Below, piece by piece: positions 11,310 to 23,075 of a DNA stretch of 34,165 nucleotides. The notes below the pieces were generated by a model. The model searched no databases. It worked only from the letters and a program-made list of their open reading frames with translations, and had not been told where the DNA came from. The translations under genes were made by a program, and so were the position numbers. This stretch comes from Octopus bimaculoides (taxonomy: Eukaryota). The stretch spans positions 58,937,078 to 58,971,242 of the forward strand of contig NC_068985.1 in the NCBI RefSeq assembly GCF_001194135.2. Reading direction: 5' to 3'. Position 1 is the stretch's first letter. Each line of letters opens with the position of its first letter.

Positions 11310-11478
11310 GATTCCTGTCCACCACAGAGGTAACACCCAGCTACTACTGGTATTTTCGACTACGTGTACAAGAGCAACATGAAATGAAGTGATTTGCTCG
11401 AAGACACAACATATCTCACGGACCTAAAACTGAACATGTGTTCTCATAAGTGAGATTTCTTACCATCAGCACTGGGTA
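11310..11478 (-). mobile_element. Diverged SINE family C copy
   Basis: atgaaatgaagtgatttgctcgaagacacaac. Confidence 0.45.
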
Positions 11479-12089
11479 ACGCATTTACTGGATATTATGA
11501 TGAGATTCGAATATATCAAGTCAAGAATATACTTCTTTTTTAACTTTTAAGACTGTTATTCCCATAGATGTTTCTTTCTTTAAGATGTTGCACATCTGCA
11601 AAAATTTCGTAAATTGTACCTCTGGCACCCCCACCCACACACACAGATATATATATATATATATATANNNNNNNNNNNNNNNNNNNNNNNNNNNNNNNNN
11701 NNNNNNNNNNNNNNNNNNNNNNNNNNNNNNNNNNNNNNNNNNNNNNNNNNNNNNNNNNNNNNNNNNNNNNNNNNNNNNNNNNNNNNNNNNNNNNNNNNNN
11801 NNNNNNNNNNNNNNNNNNNNNNNNNNNNNNNNNNNNNNNNNNNNNNNNNNNNNNNNNNNNNNNNNNNNNNNNNNNNNNNNNNNNNNNNNNNNNNNNNNNN
11901 NNNNNNNNNNNNNNNNNNNNNNNNNNNNNNNNNNNNNNNNNNNNNNNNNNNNNNNNNNNNNNNNNNNNNNNNNNNNNNNNNNNNNNNNNNNNNNNNNNNN
12001 NNNNNNNNNNNNNNNNNNNNNNNNNNNNNNNNNNNNNNNNNNNNNNNNNNNNNNNNNNNNNNNNNNNNNNNNNNNNNNNNNNNNNNNNN

Positions 12090-12120
<31 letters not shown>

Positions 12121-14109
12121 TAATTATAAATAAGGGCAAGAGAAAAAAGTTTTCCTATGTCAATATGCTGAAAAATAGACCTTAAAACGTCTAACAACAT
12201 ATAATATTTTCCCTATAAATACACAACGTGCTGAATGGAAGAAAGAAAGCTAACAGAAATAGTTTTAAAAATTCGTTATTCCGAATCGGACCGATATCTG
12301 GATTAATCCACAAGTAGTCTTCCTTCGTCAGTGAGAAACACAATTAGAAATAAATGGAACGCTCACACATATCCACGGAAAAAGCTGATGCAAAATCATG
12401 AGTACATATAAATGCCCCAGCATAAGTTAAGGATTCAGAGGATCTGATCACTTTCACATAAATCTCCTATAATGGAGTCGGCTACCAGACCAAATTGTAA
12501 TCTAATACAGAGACAAGTAATGCAGAGTGTCATTCAGCACCAATCCAAAAGATACGATTAATGAGTTTACTTCATGATGAATATATAAACCATAAAAAAA
12601 TCAGAAGTTATCAGTGATTAATATATTTACCCAATCACTTGTCCATCCATAAGTTTACAACCGTAACGTAACATTCTCCATGTAGTTATAATCTCAGTGT
12701 TGAATAAAATTGCTTACCTGTTTGCATGAATGTGCCTACTCTGCATTATAGAATACAATTGTAGATTGAGAAATCAATGCAAATAAAGACAATTAGCTCA
12801 TCAGATCACCAGAACGTTACCGATACAGCAACTGTTCAAATCTAACATAAAAAAAACATTCTCTTTATATGCGCAATGTATGGAAGCCAGAAATTAGCTT
12901 GGTTGGGTCAGTAAAAATAAATCAATTAAAAGGCTAGATAGAAGTTCAGGGAATTAACTATCCTAAATGTTAAAAAGAAACGGAAGGGAAAAAAAGAAGA
13001 TGTCGTATATGAAATCGTTTATGAAATTGTGCATAAAGAATATACATGTGCATTGCTCCAGCAAGACCGCAGTCTGATGGATAAAGCAAGTAAATGATAA
13101 AAGATGTATATATATACATATATATNNNNNNNNNNNNNNNNNNNNNNNNNNNNNNNNNNNNNNNNNNNNNNNNNNNNATATATATATATATATATATATA
13201 TATACAGGATATACATACTCATACACACGCATATATATATATATATATATATAAATTTACTGAGTGTGTGTGTGTGTGTAGGTAACTATACATGCATTTA
13301 TACATGTAAGTGAGCATGTCTGTGAGTATTCGTTTTTACTTATTTGCATATGTGCGAATGTATGTCTCTCTGTGCAATTTATATATGTGTGTGTGTGTGT
13401 GTGTGTGTCAAAATGTTAAATCATATTTCATCCTTTACTTTGGAGAGTTACAAAGAGTGATTTCTAACAAAGATTCTTCATATTTTGTTGGTAGCTTACT
13501 AGCATAATATTTTTGCTAATATAAAAATATTACATGCATATGGTGTGTTATGAGAATTTAAGGAAAGGTATCCAACAGAAACTCAATAAGTTAAAAATGG
13601 AGAAGAGGAGACCTTAGAATTTAAAAGAATTTTAATACATGCATACAATCGTTTCAAACAGCGAAATTAATATGTAAATATTAATCATAAGTCATTTATC
13701 ATAGGAAGTTTAATAGTTATGTTTGAATTAGGATATGACTAGATAGTTATAAGTAATAGATAAGTAATAAGTGTGGTGTGTATTTAACTTTTTTTTTCTT
13801 TTTGTGCGAATGAAATTGAACTAGTGAATGTAGTTATATAATAGATTGCTAGAATGGAACGGGAATAAGAGTTAGTAGAAATACTTCAATATCTACATAT
13901 AATGGAAATTTCTTAGTGTAAGCACTTATATTCATTTGCGTGTATTAAATATAAAGTTAAAAGATAAAAGTAAGAAACGTAGTTGTTAATATTACAGAAT
14001 TAAGATAGTAAATATTTGCTGTGGCTAAAAATATAAATTTTTTTTTTAAACGTTCAGAGGTACATTCTTTTCTTTTCAAAGTTTCAGCTCAGAGCTGCGG
14101 CCATGCTAT

Positions 14110-14225
14110 TTGTCCTCATTGTGTTTGTTGTTAACATAACGTTTCGGCTGATATACCCTCCAGCCTCCATTAGGTGTCTTGGGGAAATTTCGAACCTGTG
14201 TTGTCATTCCTGTGTTTTTTTCAAT
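14110..14225 (-). mobile_element. Penelope-pLTR-like segment carrying a hammerhead motif
   Basis: Contains the GGCTG/CAGCC-GAAACGTT motif typical of PLE pLTR hammerheads. Confidence 0.5.
14133..14178 (-). ncRNA. Degenerate minimal hammerhead motif (Penelope pLTR type)
   Basis: Minus strand GACAC CTAATGG A GGCTG-GAGGGTATAT-CAGCC GAAAC GTT ATGTT. Helix II has 5 bp and helix III is the ACGU palindrome; there are two core substitutions. Confidence 0.5.
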
Positions 14226-14340
14226 GCTATTATTATTATTATTATTATTATCATTGTTGTTGTTGTTGTTGTTATTATTATTATTATTATTATCATTATT
14301 ATTGTTGTTGTTGTTGTTATTATTATTATTATTATTATTA
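14226..14340. repeat. (TTA)n/(TTG)n microsatellite
   Basis: Read directly from the sequence. Confidence 0.95.
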
Positions 14341-14412
14341 TTGAGGTCACTGCCTGAAATCGAACTCTGAATCTTGGGGTTAGTAAGCCGCGCTGTTAAC
14401 CACTACGCCATA
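14341..14412 (-). mobile_element. tRNA-like SINE head (family D) followed by an (AAT/AAC)n tract
   Basis: Minus strand TATGGCGTAGTGG (A box) ... GAGTTCGATTTC (B box). Confidence 0.75.
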
Positions 14413-14477
14413 GTGAATAGTTATATAGTGGGCTGCTAGAATAGAACGCGAATAAGAAGTCAGTCCGCTCATGGGTA

Positions 14478-14549
14478 TATGGCGTAGTGGTTAAGAGTGC
14501 GGGATACTAACGCCAAGATTCTGAGTTCGATTCCAGGCAGTGATCTGAA
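14478..14549 (+). mobile_element. tRNA-like SINE head (family D), head-to-head with 14341-14412
   Basis: TGGCGTAGTGG A box and GAGTTCGATTCC B box; 63/72 positions match the other copy by manual alignment. Confidence 0.75.
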
Positions 14550-14563
14550 TGATAATAATAATA

Positions 14564-14910
14564 TGCCCCGAAGCAGTACCAGGCAGTGGCTTTCATGGCC
14601 TCTGATCTTAATTGATCGGAAATGTTATCATGTACATTGTTTTGTTTTGGTATAAAAGATGGGCTACAGCAAATATTCTGCTTAATACCACAGATTTGCT
14701 TGTCAGTTGTTTGACCATAACCAGTTGAGCATGTCCCTTAGTGGCTGATGATATATGCATCTCTGATCATGAGCATAAGTAATGGGGGAGCATCATAGCC
14801 ATGTGTTGAGAAGAATTCTCTGGGGTTTGAATAATTCACCTTTGGAAACATGGACGTTTTGATCAACATCCTTAACAAACCTTATTCAAGGACCTTTTGA
14901 GCGGAATGGT
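14564..14910 (+). repeat. Family B repeat, third copy running into a gap
   Basis: tgccccgaagcagtaccaggcagtggc... matches 6129 onward; (AAT)n lies before it and again after the gap (15178-15214). Confidence 0.85.
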
Positions 14911-15859
14911 NNNNNNNNNNNNNNNNNNNNNNNNNNNNNNNNNNNNNNNNNNNNNNNNNNNNNNNNNNNNNNNNNNNNNNNNNNNNNNNNNNNNNNNNNN
15001 NNNNNNNNNNNNNNNNNNNNNNNNNNNNNNNNNNNNNNNNNNNNNNNNNNNNNNNNNNNNNNNNNNNNNNNNNNNNNNNNNNNNNNNNNNNNNNNNNNNN
15101 NNNNNNNNNNNNNNNNNNNNNNNNNNNNNNNNNNNNNNNNNNNNNNNNNNNNNNNNNNNNNNNNNNNNNNNNNNNNNTAATAATAATAATAATATTAATA
15201 ATAATAATAATAATCACAGATTGACACGGAAGCCGAGGGAAGGAAAAGATATATAATCTTTTATACGAGACATATATTTGCACACAATCATGTAACCTCA
15301 TATGCGTGTATTTGTGAGTGAGTGCATGCATATATCTATGTGTATGCATATGGGTATATATATTAGTATATTGGTATGTCTATGTATGTATATATATACT
15401 TATAATATGCGTATGTATATAGATGTACATAAATATGTGTCCGTGTGTATGTATGTATATATGTATGTGTGTATGTATGTGTATATATATGTATGTATGC
15501 GTGTGCGTTCTATGTGAATATATTTCAGTTTGTGTGTACTTTGTACGTAAATATTTGTGCTTCATGTGTCTTGCTATTCTTAACTAGTTTATTTTACTTT
15601 ATCACAAAGCCATTATGTCTAGACTTACACAATTTATTACCGCTCAAAAACTTTACACGGTTTTAAACTATATTTGTATATTTTATTACAGTATAAAGAA
15701 ATCTCTGTATGTGTGTATGTGTTTATGTATGTCTCTCTGTGTAGATGTCAATGTGTGACTTCTTATATGTGCTTGTGCGTGTCTGCGTGTGAGAGAGTAG
15801 AGAGAAAGAGGAAGGTAGGTTAACGGTAATATCTCTTTGTTTCTGTTTTATAATTTCAG

Positions 15860-16902
15860 ATTTATTGCTGTCACTCAACCCATAAAGTACTCAAAACACA
15901 AGAATTCTAAACGGGTCTATATAATGATAATGCTAGTATGGCTTATATCCATTGCTATTGCTGCCCCAATAGCTTTAGGAGTAAATTACTCTGACAAACG
16001 TAGACAATTCGTCTGTGCATTTTTCAACTCAGATTTTCTTATATATTCCTCCATGGGCTCATTCTATATACCGTCAATTGTGATGATTTTTCTATATTGG
16101 AGAATATACAGAGTACTAATGCTCCGCAGTCGAAAAGTTAAAGAAAGAAAAGCTAAGCAAAAACGCGAACGTGAAGCGCTAGCGAATGTTATAGAAAATA
16201 AAGCAACAACCAGCAAGTTAGATGGTGATGATCCTAGATTGAATATGAAGTCCAGTGAATCTTCGAACAACGTTGGCCGAGTTCGGCTGAAAACGGCTAA
16301 AGATGAAGTTCTTGTAAACACAGCAGCATGTAATGATGCTGGCTTAAATGACGATGAATTATATGACGATAATCTAGATGATGACAGTGGTCAAAAAAGT
16401 ACTCCGAGCAGTGAACTTAAAGGCCATGTTATTGAAAATAGTAATATGACCGAATATACAGGATGCATGATGCTGAATGATGTAAACAACGAGAGGACCT
16501 CACTGAAACAAGATGGCGTCCAAGCTTACTCTTCGCCATCTAATGTCGAAATAGAAACGCAGTTCGATGTAGCTACATCAACTACTACTACAACTACTAC
16601 TACTAATACTTCTTCTACTGCTGCGGCTGCCGCTGTGGCCGCGGCTGCTGCTGCAGCAGCGGCCGCTGCCAACCCTATCACTCCTACTGACGTTGCAGCA
16701 CCGACTCCTCCAAAAAACTTGCTTTCACCACCCAAACAGAAATTTGCGGGACTCAATAAACGGGGCGGTTCCGCTAAGAAAAAGTATGTCTCAAAATTTA
16801 ACTTCCACAAGAAAGAGGTTAAAATAAAGAAGGAGAGCCAAAGTTCAAGGAATGCCATGAGGAAAGAAAAAAAAGCCACAAAGACGTTAGCTATTGTATT
16901 AG
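15860..16902 (+). CDS. DRD2: D2-like dopamine receptor (DRD2/Dop2R-like), internal coding exon: end of TM3 through TM4, TM5 and the long ICL3 to the start of TM6
   Basis: Translation (R)FIAVTQPIKYSKHKNSKRV...LVWLISIAIAAP...CAFFNSDFLIYSSMGSFYIP...KKEKKATKTLAIVLG closely resembles invertebrate D2-like receptors, including the TM5 catechol-binding serines (YSSMGSF). Acceptor tttcag|A at 15859/15860 is phase 2, inside the Arg of DRF. Donor G|gtaagt at 16902/16903 is phase 1. Confidence 0.93.
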
Positions 16903-17282
16903 GTAAGTAGAGACCAAAATAGGTCTTGTCTTTCATTGAAGTAAAAACAAAATTTTTCTTCCATTTTCTGTTTATGCTCTTAATATATTTTCTTTCTTTT
17001 GTTCGCATGCAACAGTAAATTTATGTATTTCTTTATGTATGTCTCGTAACAAATAAAGCTCACTGAATTACTTATTTTTAAGACAGATCAAAGCAAATAT
17101 TAGACAAATGTTCACCTGGTTACATCAAACCAAAGTGCCACTGAACTCATTGATTCTTTTGTTTTATGCAAATGATATGTTTGAAGACGTTGAGCTTGAG
17201 ATAAAATTTCTTGCGGTACTGTGAACGTCAAGATAATGAAATCAGCTCATGCATATTGTCTTTCAGGATATCTATATATTAG

Positions 17283-17485
17283 TTTCACATTTTGGCACGA
17301 GCTCACCAAATCCGGTGTGGTGGATGCAGCGACTCCAGTGTTCAACTGGTACTTTATTTTATCGACACTGAAAGGATGAAAGGCAAAGTCGAATCCAGCA
17401 GCATTTGAATTCAGAACGTAATGACGGGCGAAATGCCGCTAAACATTTTGCCCAGCGTACTGAGGGAACTGTCAGCTCACCACCT
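17283..17485 (-). mobile_element. SINE family A (intronic)
   Basis: attttggcacgag...gaaaggatgaaaggcaaagtcga...tttgaattcagaacgt...cagctcaccacc. Confidence 0.8.
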
Positions 17486-18198
17486 TAAGATATCAATATA
17501 TTAAATGGCAATGATATTTGTCCACCCTTCCAGTTGTTTTCCCCTCCCATTCCATTAAATGTAGATGGATTCCAAAAGAAATTGCGAATATCAGATTTAA
17601 TCCTTTCTATAAACTAAGATTTATTAAAGATAACAGAGATTGAGGGCTCGAAAGATTTACCACAGAGTTAGTAATTCGATCTGTTTGCTGGCATTATGCC
17701 CTTTACGAAGACATTTATCTGTATGGTTTACTTCATATGTCTGTGAATGCTTATCATGCAAATATAGAGCAGACAAGGGATATTTTATAATTAACAAGTA
17801 CTTTGTTAATTATGAAAGAAATGCAACTGTTCTAGAAGAGTGAACAATAAATTCTGTTTGTCTTGGTATCGATTCTTGGGTTCGAACTATAAATCAGATA
17901 CCTCACTATATGATGATGCTAATACGCCACAAGCAAAGGCATCTGTGAATCCTTATGCTATAATTATCTAAAACTCTTTCTAATAACGCTAAATATGCGT
18001 GTGCGTGTGTGTCTGTGTCTTAATTTGAGGTCATTGATTTAATGTTATTTTAAGAATAACAATGGGGCTCGTTTCTGTAGTTTAATAGTTAAATTAAGTC
18101 AAATCTATTATAAACTTCATACTAAATGGGACCTCAAATTTGACTTAACAACTTATGCAATCAGTCTGGTTGCAGAAACTTGAACCCCTATCCAACAC

Positions 18199-18275
<77 letters not shown>

Positions 18276-18314
18276 AATTAAACCTTTAATCATGGAAGGA
18301 AAAAAGAGGATCAA

Positions 18315-18544
18315 CATAGGTTCATAAGGCTGGTTTTCCGGATTCTGTGGCGTACATATTCCCCCACTAGATAGATGTTAAGTCGGTGAGAGGATTGCAT
18401 ATTTATGTCAGCTAAATAGACTGGAGAAATGTGAAATGAATTATTTTCCTCACAAACTCAAAGGATCGCCAAGTCCAGATATCGAAACTAGAATCTTACG
18501 ATCGTAATTGTGACACACTAGCCACTAATCCACGCAACTCCACA
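18315..18544 (-). mobile_element. SINE family C (intronic)
   Basis: gactggagaaatgtgaaatgaa...atcgaaac...cttacgatcgt...gccacta. Confidence 0.55.
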
Positions 18545-18989
18545 TCACGTAAGTAGCCAAGCACGGCACACAACATAACGAGGAACACTTAACCTAAGGA
18601 AGAAATTACTATTTCAAACATAAACATGGAGTTTTAAATTTAATCGTCAGTACGAATTAGACAAAGAAAAGAGGAAACATTCACGATGATAATGAAGGAC
18701 TAGGCTAGCATCAGATATTAAATATACTAGAAATGGTTCTTATATTTCCTAGTTGTAGCCTTTTCCCTACCTCAGTTTTACTTGCTGATAGCATAACGTA
18801 TCACTATATTAACGAATGCAGTTTGTAAAATGACAGAATGCGTATCCACAACAGAGTTTATTGTCAACCGCTGCAATTCAAATAAATTCAGATACCCATA
18901 AAAATAGAACGTCCAAACGTCCCTACATCACTCATCCTTTTCATATTCAGAGATAGTAGCAAAAATACTATACAGAGAAATCGCTGAAC

Positions 18990-19180
18990 TGAATATCTTG
19001 CAGCTCTTTACGTTATGAATTCAAATCCTACTGAGGTCATCTTTGCTTTTAATACGTTCAGAGTGATAAAAATAAATATCCGGTGAGCACTGGGGTCGAT
19101 AAATAAACTACCAGTTAAGCATTGGGATCATGTAATCGACATACCCTCTCATCTCAGGTTTGTTGGCCTTGAATATGAAA
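18990..19180 (+). mobile_element. Diverged SINE family A-like copy
   Basis: tttacgttatgaattcaaatcc...gaggtcatctttgc...ggggtcgat...gtaatcgac. Confidence 0.55.
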
Positions 19181-19187
19181 TAAATAT

Positions 19188-19280
19188 TTTACTCAAGAAC
19201 ACACCGCACTACCCAGTCTGGAGATCAAAACCACGACCTTGCAAGTTAGCATCAAGCTAACCAATAGGCCACCCGCCTCC
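19188..19280 (-). mobile_element. Partial SINE family C (head)
   Basis: ttactcaagaacac...gagatcaaaaccacgacc. Confidence 0.45.
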
Positions 19281-19500
19281 AAAGTTAAAGCAAAATGTTT
19301 TGTAATGCAATATATTTCCTCGAAGACACAGTAGGAGTGCTTGACTTACGATCATCAAATTAGATTCAGGTCAAAACAAAAGCAATGTAAATTTTAAAAT
19401 TAACAGAAATATAAAGAACTGGGTAGTAAATATAAAATATTACATTTAGTGATGCAATTTATTTAATAAGTGTTATGAAACTATATAAGTATAAATTGAA

Positions 19501-19584
19501 TAGGATGCAAATGAATGACACAAGGAAATAGGATGCAAATGAATGACACAAGGAAATAGGATGAAAATGAATGGAGAAAGGAAA
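19501..19584. repeat. 28-bp tandem repeat, 3 units
   Basis: taggatgcaaatgaatgacacaaggaaa twice, plus one diverged unit. Confidence 0.9.
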
Positions 19585-19718
19585 GCAACGCTTCATATTT
19601 TCCCTTACAGAAATACAAGGCGCATGGAGTATTTGAGGAAGATTAATTATAAGTATATTATTCTCTTCAAATAAATAAAAGAGCTTTATTTCATTCAGTT
19701 TTCTCTGTGGCAGATAAA

Positions 19719-20680
19719 ATGCTAACGCAAGGAATAAAAAGATGTGCAGTCACCGTTGCGTTTTGTGTAGAGCACAATTGTCAACTGTCTATATGTTGAA
19801 AGAGCTTTATTAAACAAAGTTCGGATGGAATCGAAAATCTTTGGTAACTTATTTCAACTGTATAAAAGAAAGATCATACTGAAAGTTCGAGTGCTATGAG
19901 GACATTGAAGTCTACCTCGCAGCTTTAAAACTTAATCGATGATGATCCTCAAAAATAACTGAGGTCATCACCAAAAGTCTTCAAGTGTCAGAGTGGATTA
20001 TCAGAACTTTTGATAAAAACCGTATGCACTCAGGAGAGATCACTTCATACTTGCAAAGTCACAAGAAAAGCCATTTGATCCCTCATGAACATAGCTTGTT
20101 TTGATTATTTTCTGATACGAAAACTTCGACCTAGACAAAATTCGTTACAGAGAAATGAAAGATGATTATGTGCATATATTTCTGACGCCCCCAGAGTGAT
20201 ACGCACTAAACATCGGGCAACTGTGATAGGTTTAGTGGTGGTGAGTAACGAAGATCATGTTATGCCAATTCACATCTTTCCACAGAAACTTAGAATTAAC
20301 AGTACCGGAGATATTGAGGCGCTGGAGGTAACTGTGGTGCCCTTGAATAATGAAATACACTGTGGAAGGCCATATGAGTTTCAACAAGTCTCAACACTTC
20401 CCAACAAAGCCCACGTAAGACAAGAATGGATGTCAGACAATCTTTGTGATCATGTAACGCCGAACAAGTGGCCTTCAATCTCGTCCGATTTAAACCCTAT
20501 GGACTATTATATTTAAAGTGTTATTGCAAGGGAGGCTAAGGTCCTAACTTTTCTGAAGGTTGTCATTGTCTAGATGATACTCGAAACGATTAAGGACCCT
20601 TTAGTCCAGGCATATCAGTGATTCCCGACTTGAATTGGAACAATCCACAAGGCTGAAATTGGATTCGCTGAATTATCTTA
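19719..20680 (+). pseudogene. Decayed Tc1/mariner transposase, maT (DD37D) family
   Basis: MLTQGIKRCAV... start, FSD motif near 20110, then VVSNEDHVMPIHIFP...FQQ(V)S...WPSISSDLNPMDYY with 37 residues between the second (decayed) and third catalytic positions. Stops and frameshifts present. Confidence 0.82.
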
Positions 20681-20736
20681 CAGGAAAGGCTATCGATAAT
20701 AGGAGCACAAATTTGTTTTAAAATACATTTGGTTCA

Positions 20737-20945
20737 AGGTGGCGAACTGGCAGAAACGTTAGCAGGCCGGGCGAAATGCTTGGTGGTATTTCGTCTGTCA
20801 TTACGATCTGGGTTCAAATTCCGCCGAGGTCAACTTTGCTTTCATCCTTACGTGGTCGATAAATTGAGTACCAGTTGCGTACTGGGTCGATTTTATTGAC
20901 TGGCCCTCTCCCCAAAAATTTCGGGCCTTGTGCCTAGAGGAGAAG
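20737..20945 (+). mobile_element. SINE family A (tail variant 2)
   Basis: ggtggcgaactggcagaaacgttagc...gggttcaaattccgccgagg...gggccttgtgcctag. Confidence 0.85.
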
Positions 20946-22371
20946 AAAAAAAACATTTGGTTCTTCTGAGCTTGGAGATGCTTTATCAAATTAATAGATA
21001 TGTCCTCAAATAATTCTAGCACTCTGCATAGTTCATTAAGGATGATATAGGGGTGTAAATTGTAATTCTCTTCAGTGAAGATGTGTATGCCTGCACATTT
21101 AAATCATGTGAGTTTGAAAGTTTGTTTGTATCCCAATTTTTAATGAGGTTCAAAATTTTCTATTTTAGATCGAACTTTCCTTATTTTTCTTTTCGTTTTC
21201 CTTTCCCTTTTCCTTTTTAATCACTGTATGGTATACAAAAAAGTGTTGCGAAGTTGTTCATTGCAGAGCCTTAGAAAATTAAATAGTTTGAAATTGATCG
21301 TTAAACGTAAGATATCTGATACATAGGGATCCAGAGAATGAATGCATGGGGAAGGAACTACTTGGTGTCGCGCGAGAGAGAAAAAGTACCTGTGGCCAGA
21401 GAAGGTAGACGAATTAGAGGCGAGGTGGTGAGGGCACTAAGAACAGCCGGTATCAACCGAACAGAAACTATTGTCGTAAATTGAAATGAATTTATCCGAA
21501 GACAGAGAAAGATGGAGCATTCGCGAGAGGGAGAGAGCGAGGTCAATTCCAGTGCGTAATTTTTCTGAGTAATGGAAAGAGTTTTATGAGAACAATTGTC
21601 TGGTTCAATGCAACTAGAGGTACTTTTTACCCTATGAAGTCCAGTGTTAGCGTAGATTCTAGTGCGAATGAAAGTGTGAAAAGAGATTATTTGGAACGAT
21701 ATTTACAATGTATGTAGCCTGTGTTAGCGGACAAAGCGTGTTGTAAATATGAAAGTTATCTCCACAAAAAATGTTTTCAGAGACATCAGTGTTTCCTGGT
21801 GATGGAAGGGACATTCCCTCGAATTGGAAACAAGATTGGCTGCAATTTGAGAGGTAACAATTTCTTTGAGATACATCGACATATTTTTCGGCATTTGGAT
21901 GATGATCTCCGAGGTGTTGCGGTCCTTCGTACAGTGGGTTTCTGCTAAGCGCTAGTTTCCAAAAATATGTATTCATAAAATAATAACTGCAATCGAAGAT
22001 ATGTGTGTGTGCGTGAAGCATAGGTTAACGTAAATAGATTCGGCGAGTAAACACTTTAACATTTAATAAATAGCTATGGGTGACAATTTAATTATATACA
22101 TTACTGATTTTGAATGACATTATTTAATGGGAAAGATAAAGGTTCGTGTAAAGTTTTCCACAGTTGTTACAGAAAAGGTTTCGGCAAATTAATGTACAGG
22201 AAAAAAGTGAACCTAATGTTTTTGATTAAACATTCTTTCGTGCTTGTATGTGAATGCTGTATATTTCCATACCTGCGTCAATGCAATGAAAGATGAAGAG
22301 CGAGATTGCACGCCTGAATTTTCAGTTTCAGTTTTTCAGTTCCTATAAGTTTATATGTATATGTGTGTATG

Positions 22372-22403
<32 letters not shown>

Positions 22404-22422
22404 TGTATGCATGTATGTATTT

Positions 22423-22457
<35 letters not shown>

Positions 22458-22856
22458 TGTATTACAAAAATTCAAAATACTTCTATCTTCATTAATTGTT
22501 AATATAAAGCTGTTAGTTTAACATTTTTGAACTGTAAATATTTATAAAATCTGTAATGTCCGCTCTGATTTCAGGATACCAAGACATGGTATTGAAGAAG
22601 GAACGTAGAAAGTTTATAGAAAGGTTCATAAGAGAATTTGAAATTTGATGGAAATCAAAACTAATTCTGTTGCATGCGACTATTTATTTTTGTCTGTATA
22701 CTTCCAGAATATATCTAATTGATATTTATGATTGAAGACGTTACAGCCATGACAACTCTATATTAAAGACATGCAAGAGACTTAAATCTACAATCCCTAA
22801 TGAGTTTTTTTTAAGACTACAGCATGTGATCTGAGAGTTAATTAGACACATTCTTA

Positions 22857-23075
22857 AGCATGGTCTAGTGGCTAAAGTGTTGCACTCACGATAACAAGCT
22901 CGTGGTTTCGACTCTCGGACCGAGCAGTGTCTTCTGTTCTTGAGCGAGATACCTCATTTTATCTTGTTGTTCCAGTCCATTCGGCTAAAATGTATAGCTC
23001 TGCTATGGACTAGCGTACCATTCAGGAGATATGTTGTCATCTCAGTCAGTTATACGCCATGAAAACCATGTGACC
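22857..23075 (+). mobile_element. SINE family C (intronic, about 300 bp upstream of the last exon)
   Basis: A box tggtctagtgg, B box ggtttcgactc, CORE-like gttcttgagcgagatacctcatttt. Confidence 0.65.

Noticed and set aside
14478-14549. Possible true tRNA gene
   Set aside because: A and B boxes are present, but no convincing acceptor stem was found; it runs into an (AAT)n tail and has a diverged second copy nearby, so it is a SINE head.
1-15859. Upstream TM1-TM3 exons of the receptor
   Set aside because: No TM1-TM3-like translation or Asp-Arg phase-2 donor was seen by eye; they are probably outside the window or in gaps.
16526-17008. 160-aa antisense ORF with poly-Ala/poly-Val
   Set aside because: It is the shadow of the receptor's GCN/ACT repeats and shows no independent coding signal.
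19501-19584. CRISPR-like 28-bp repeats (also the 20-bp units at 6086)
   Set aside because: Units are contiguous with no spacers, the context is eukaryotic, and there are no cas genes.
21358-22021. More GC-balanced stretch with short ORFs on both strands
   Set aside because: No recognisable domain, splice signals or repeat partner. It may be an old TE remnant, but this cannot be supported.
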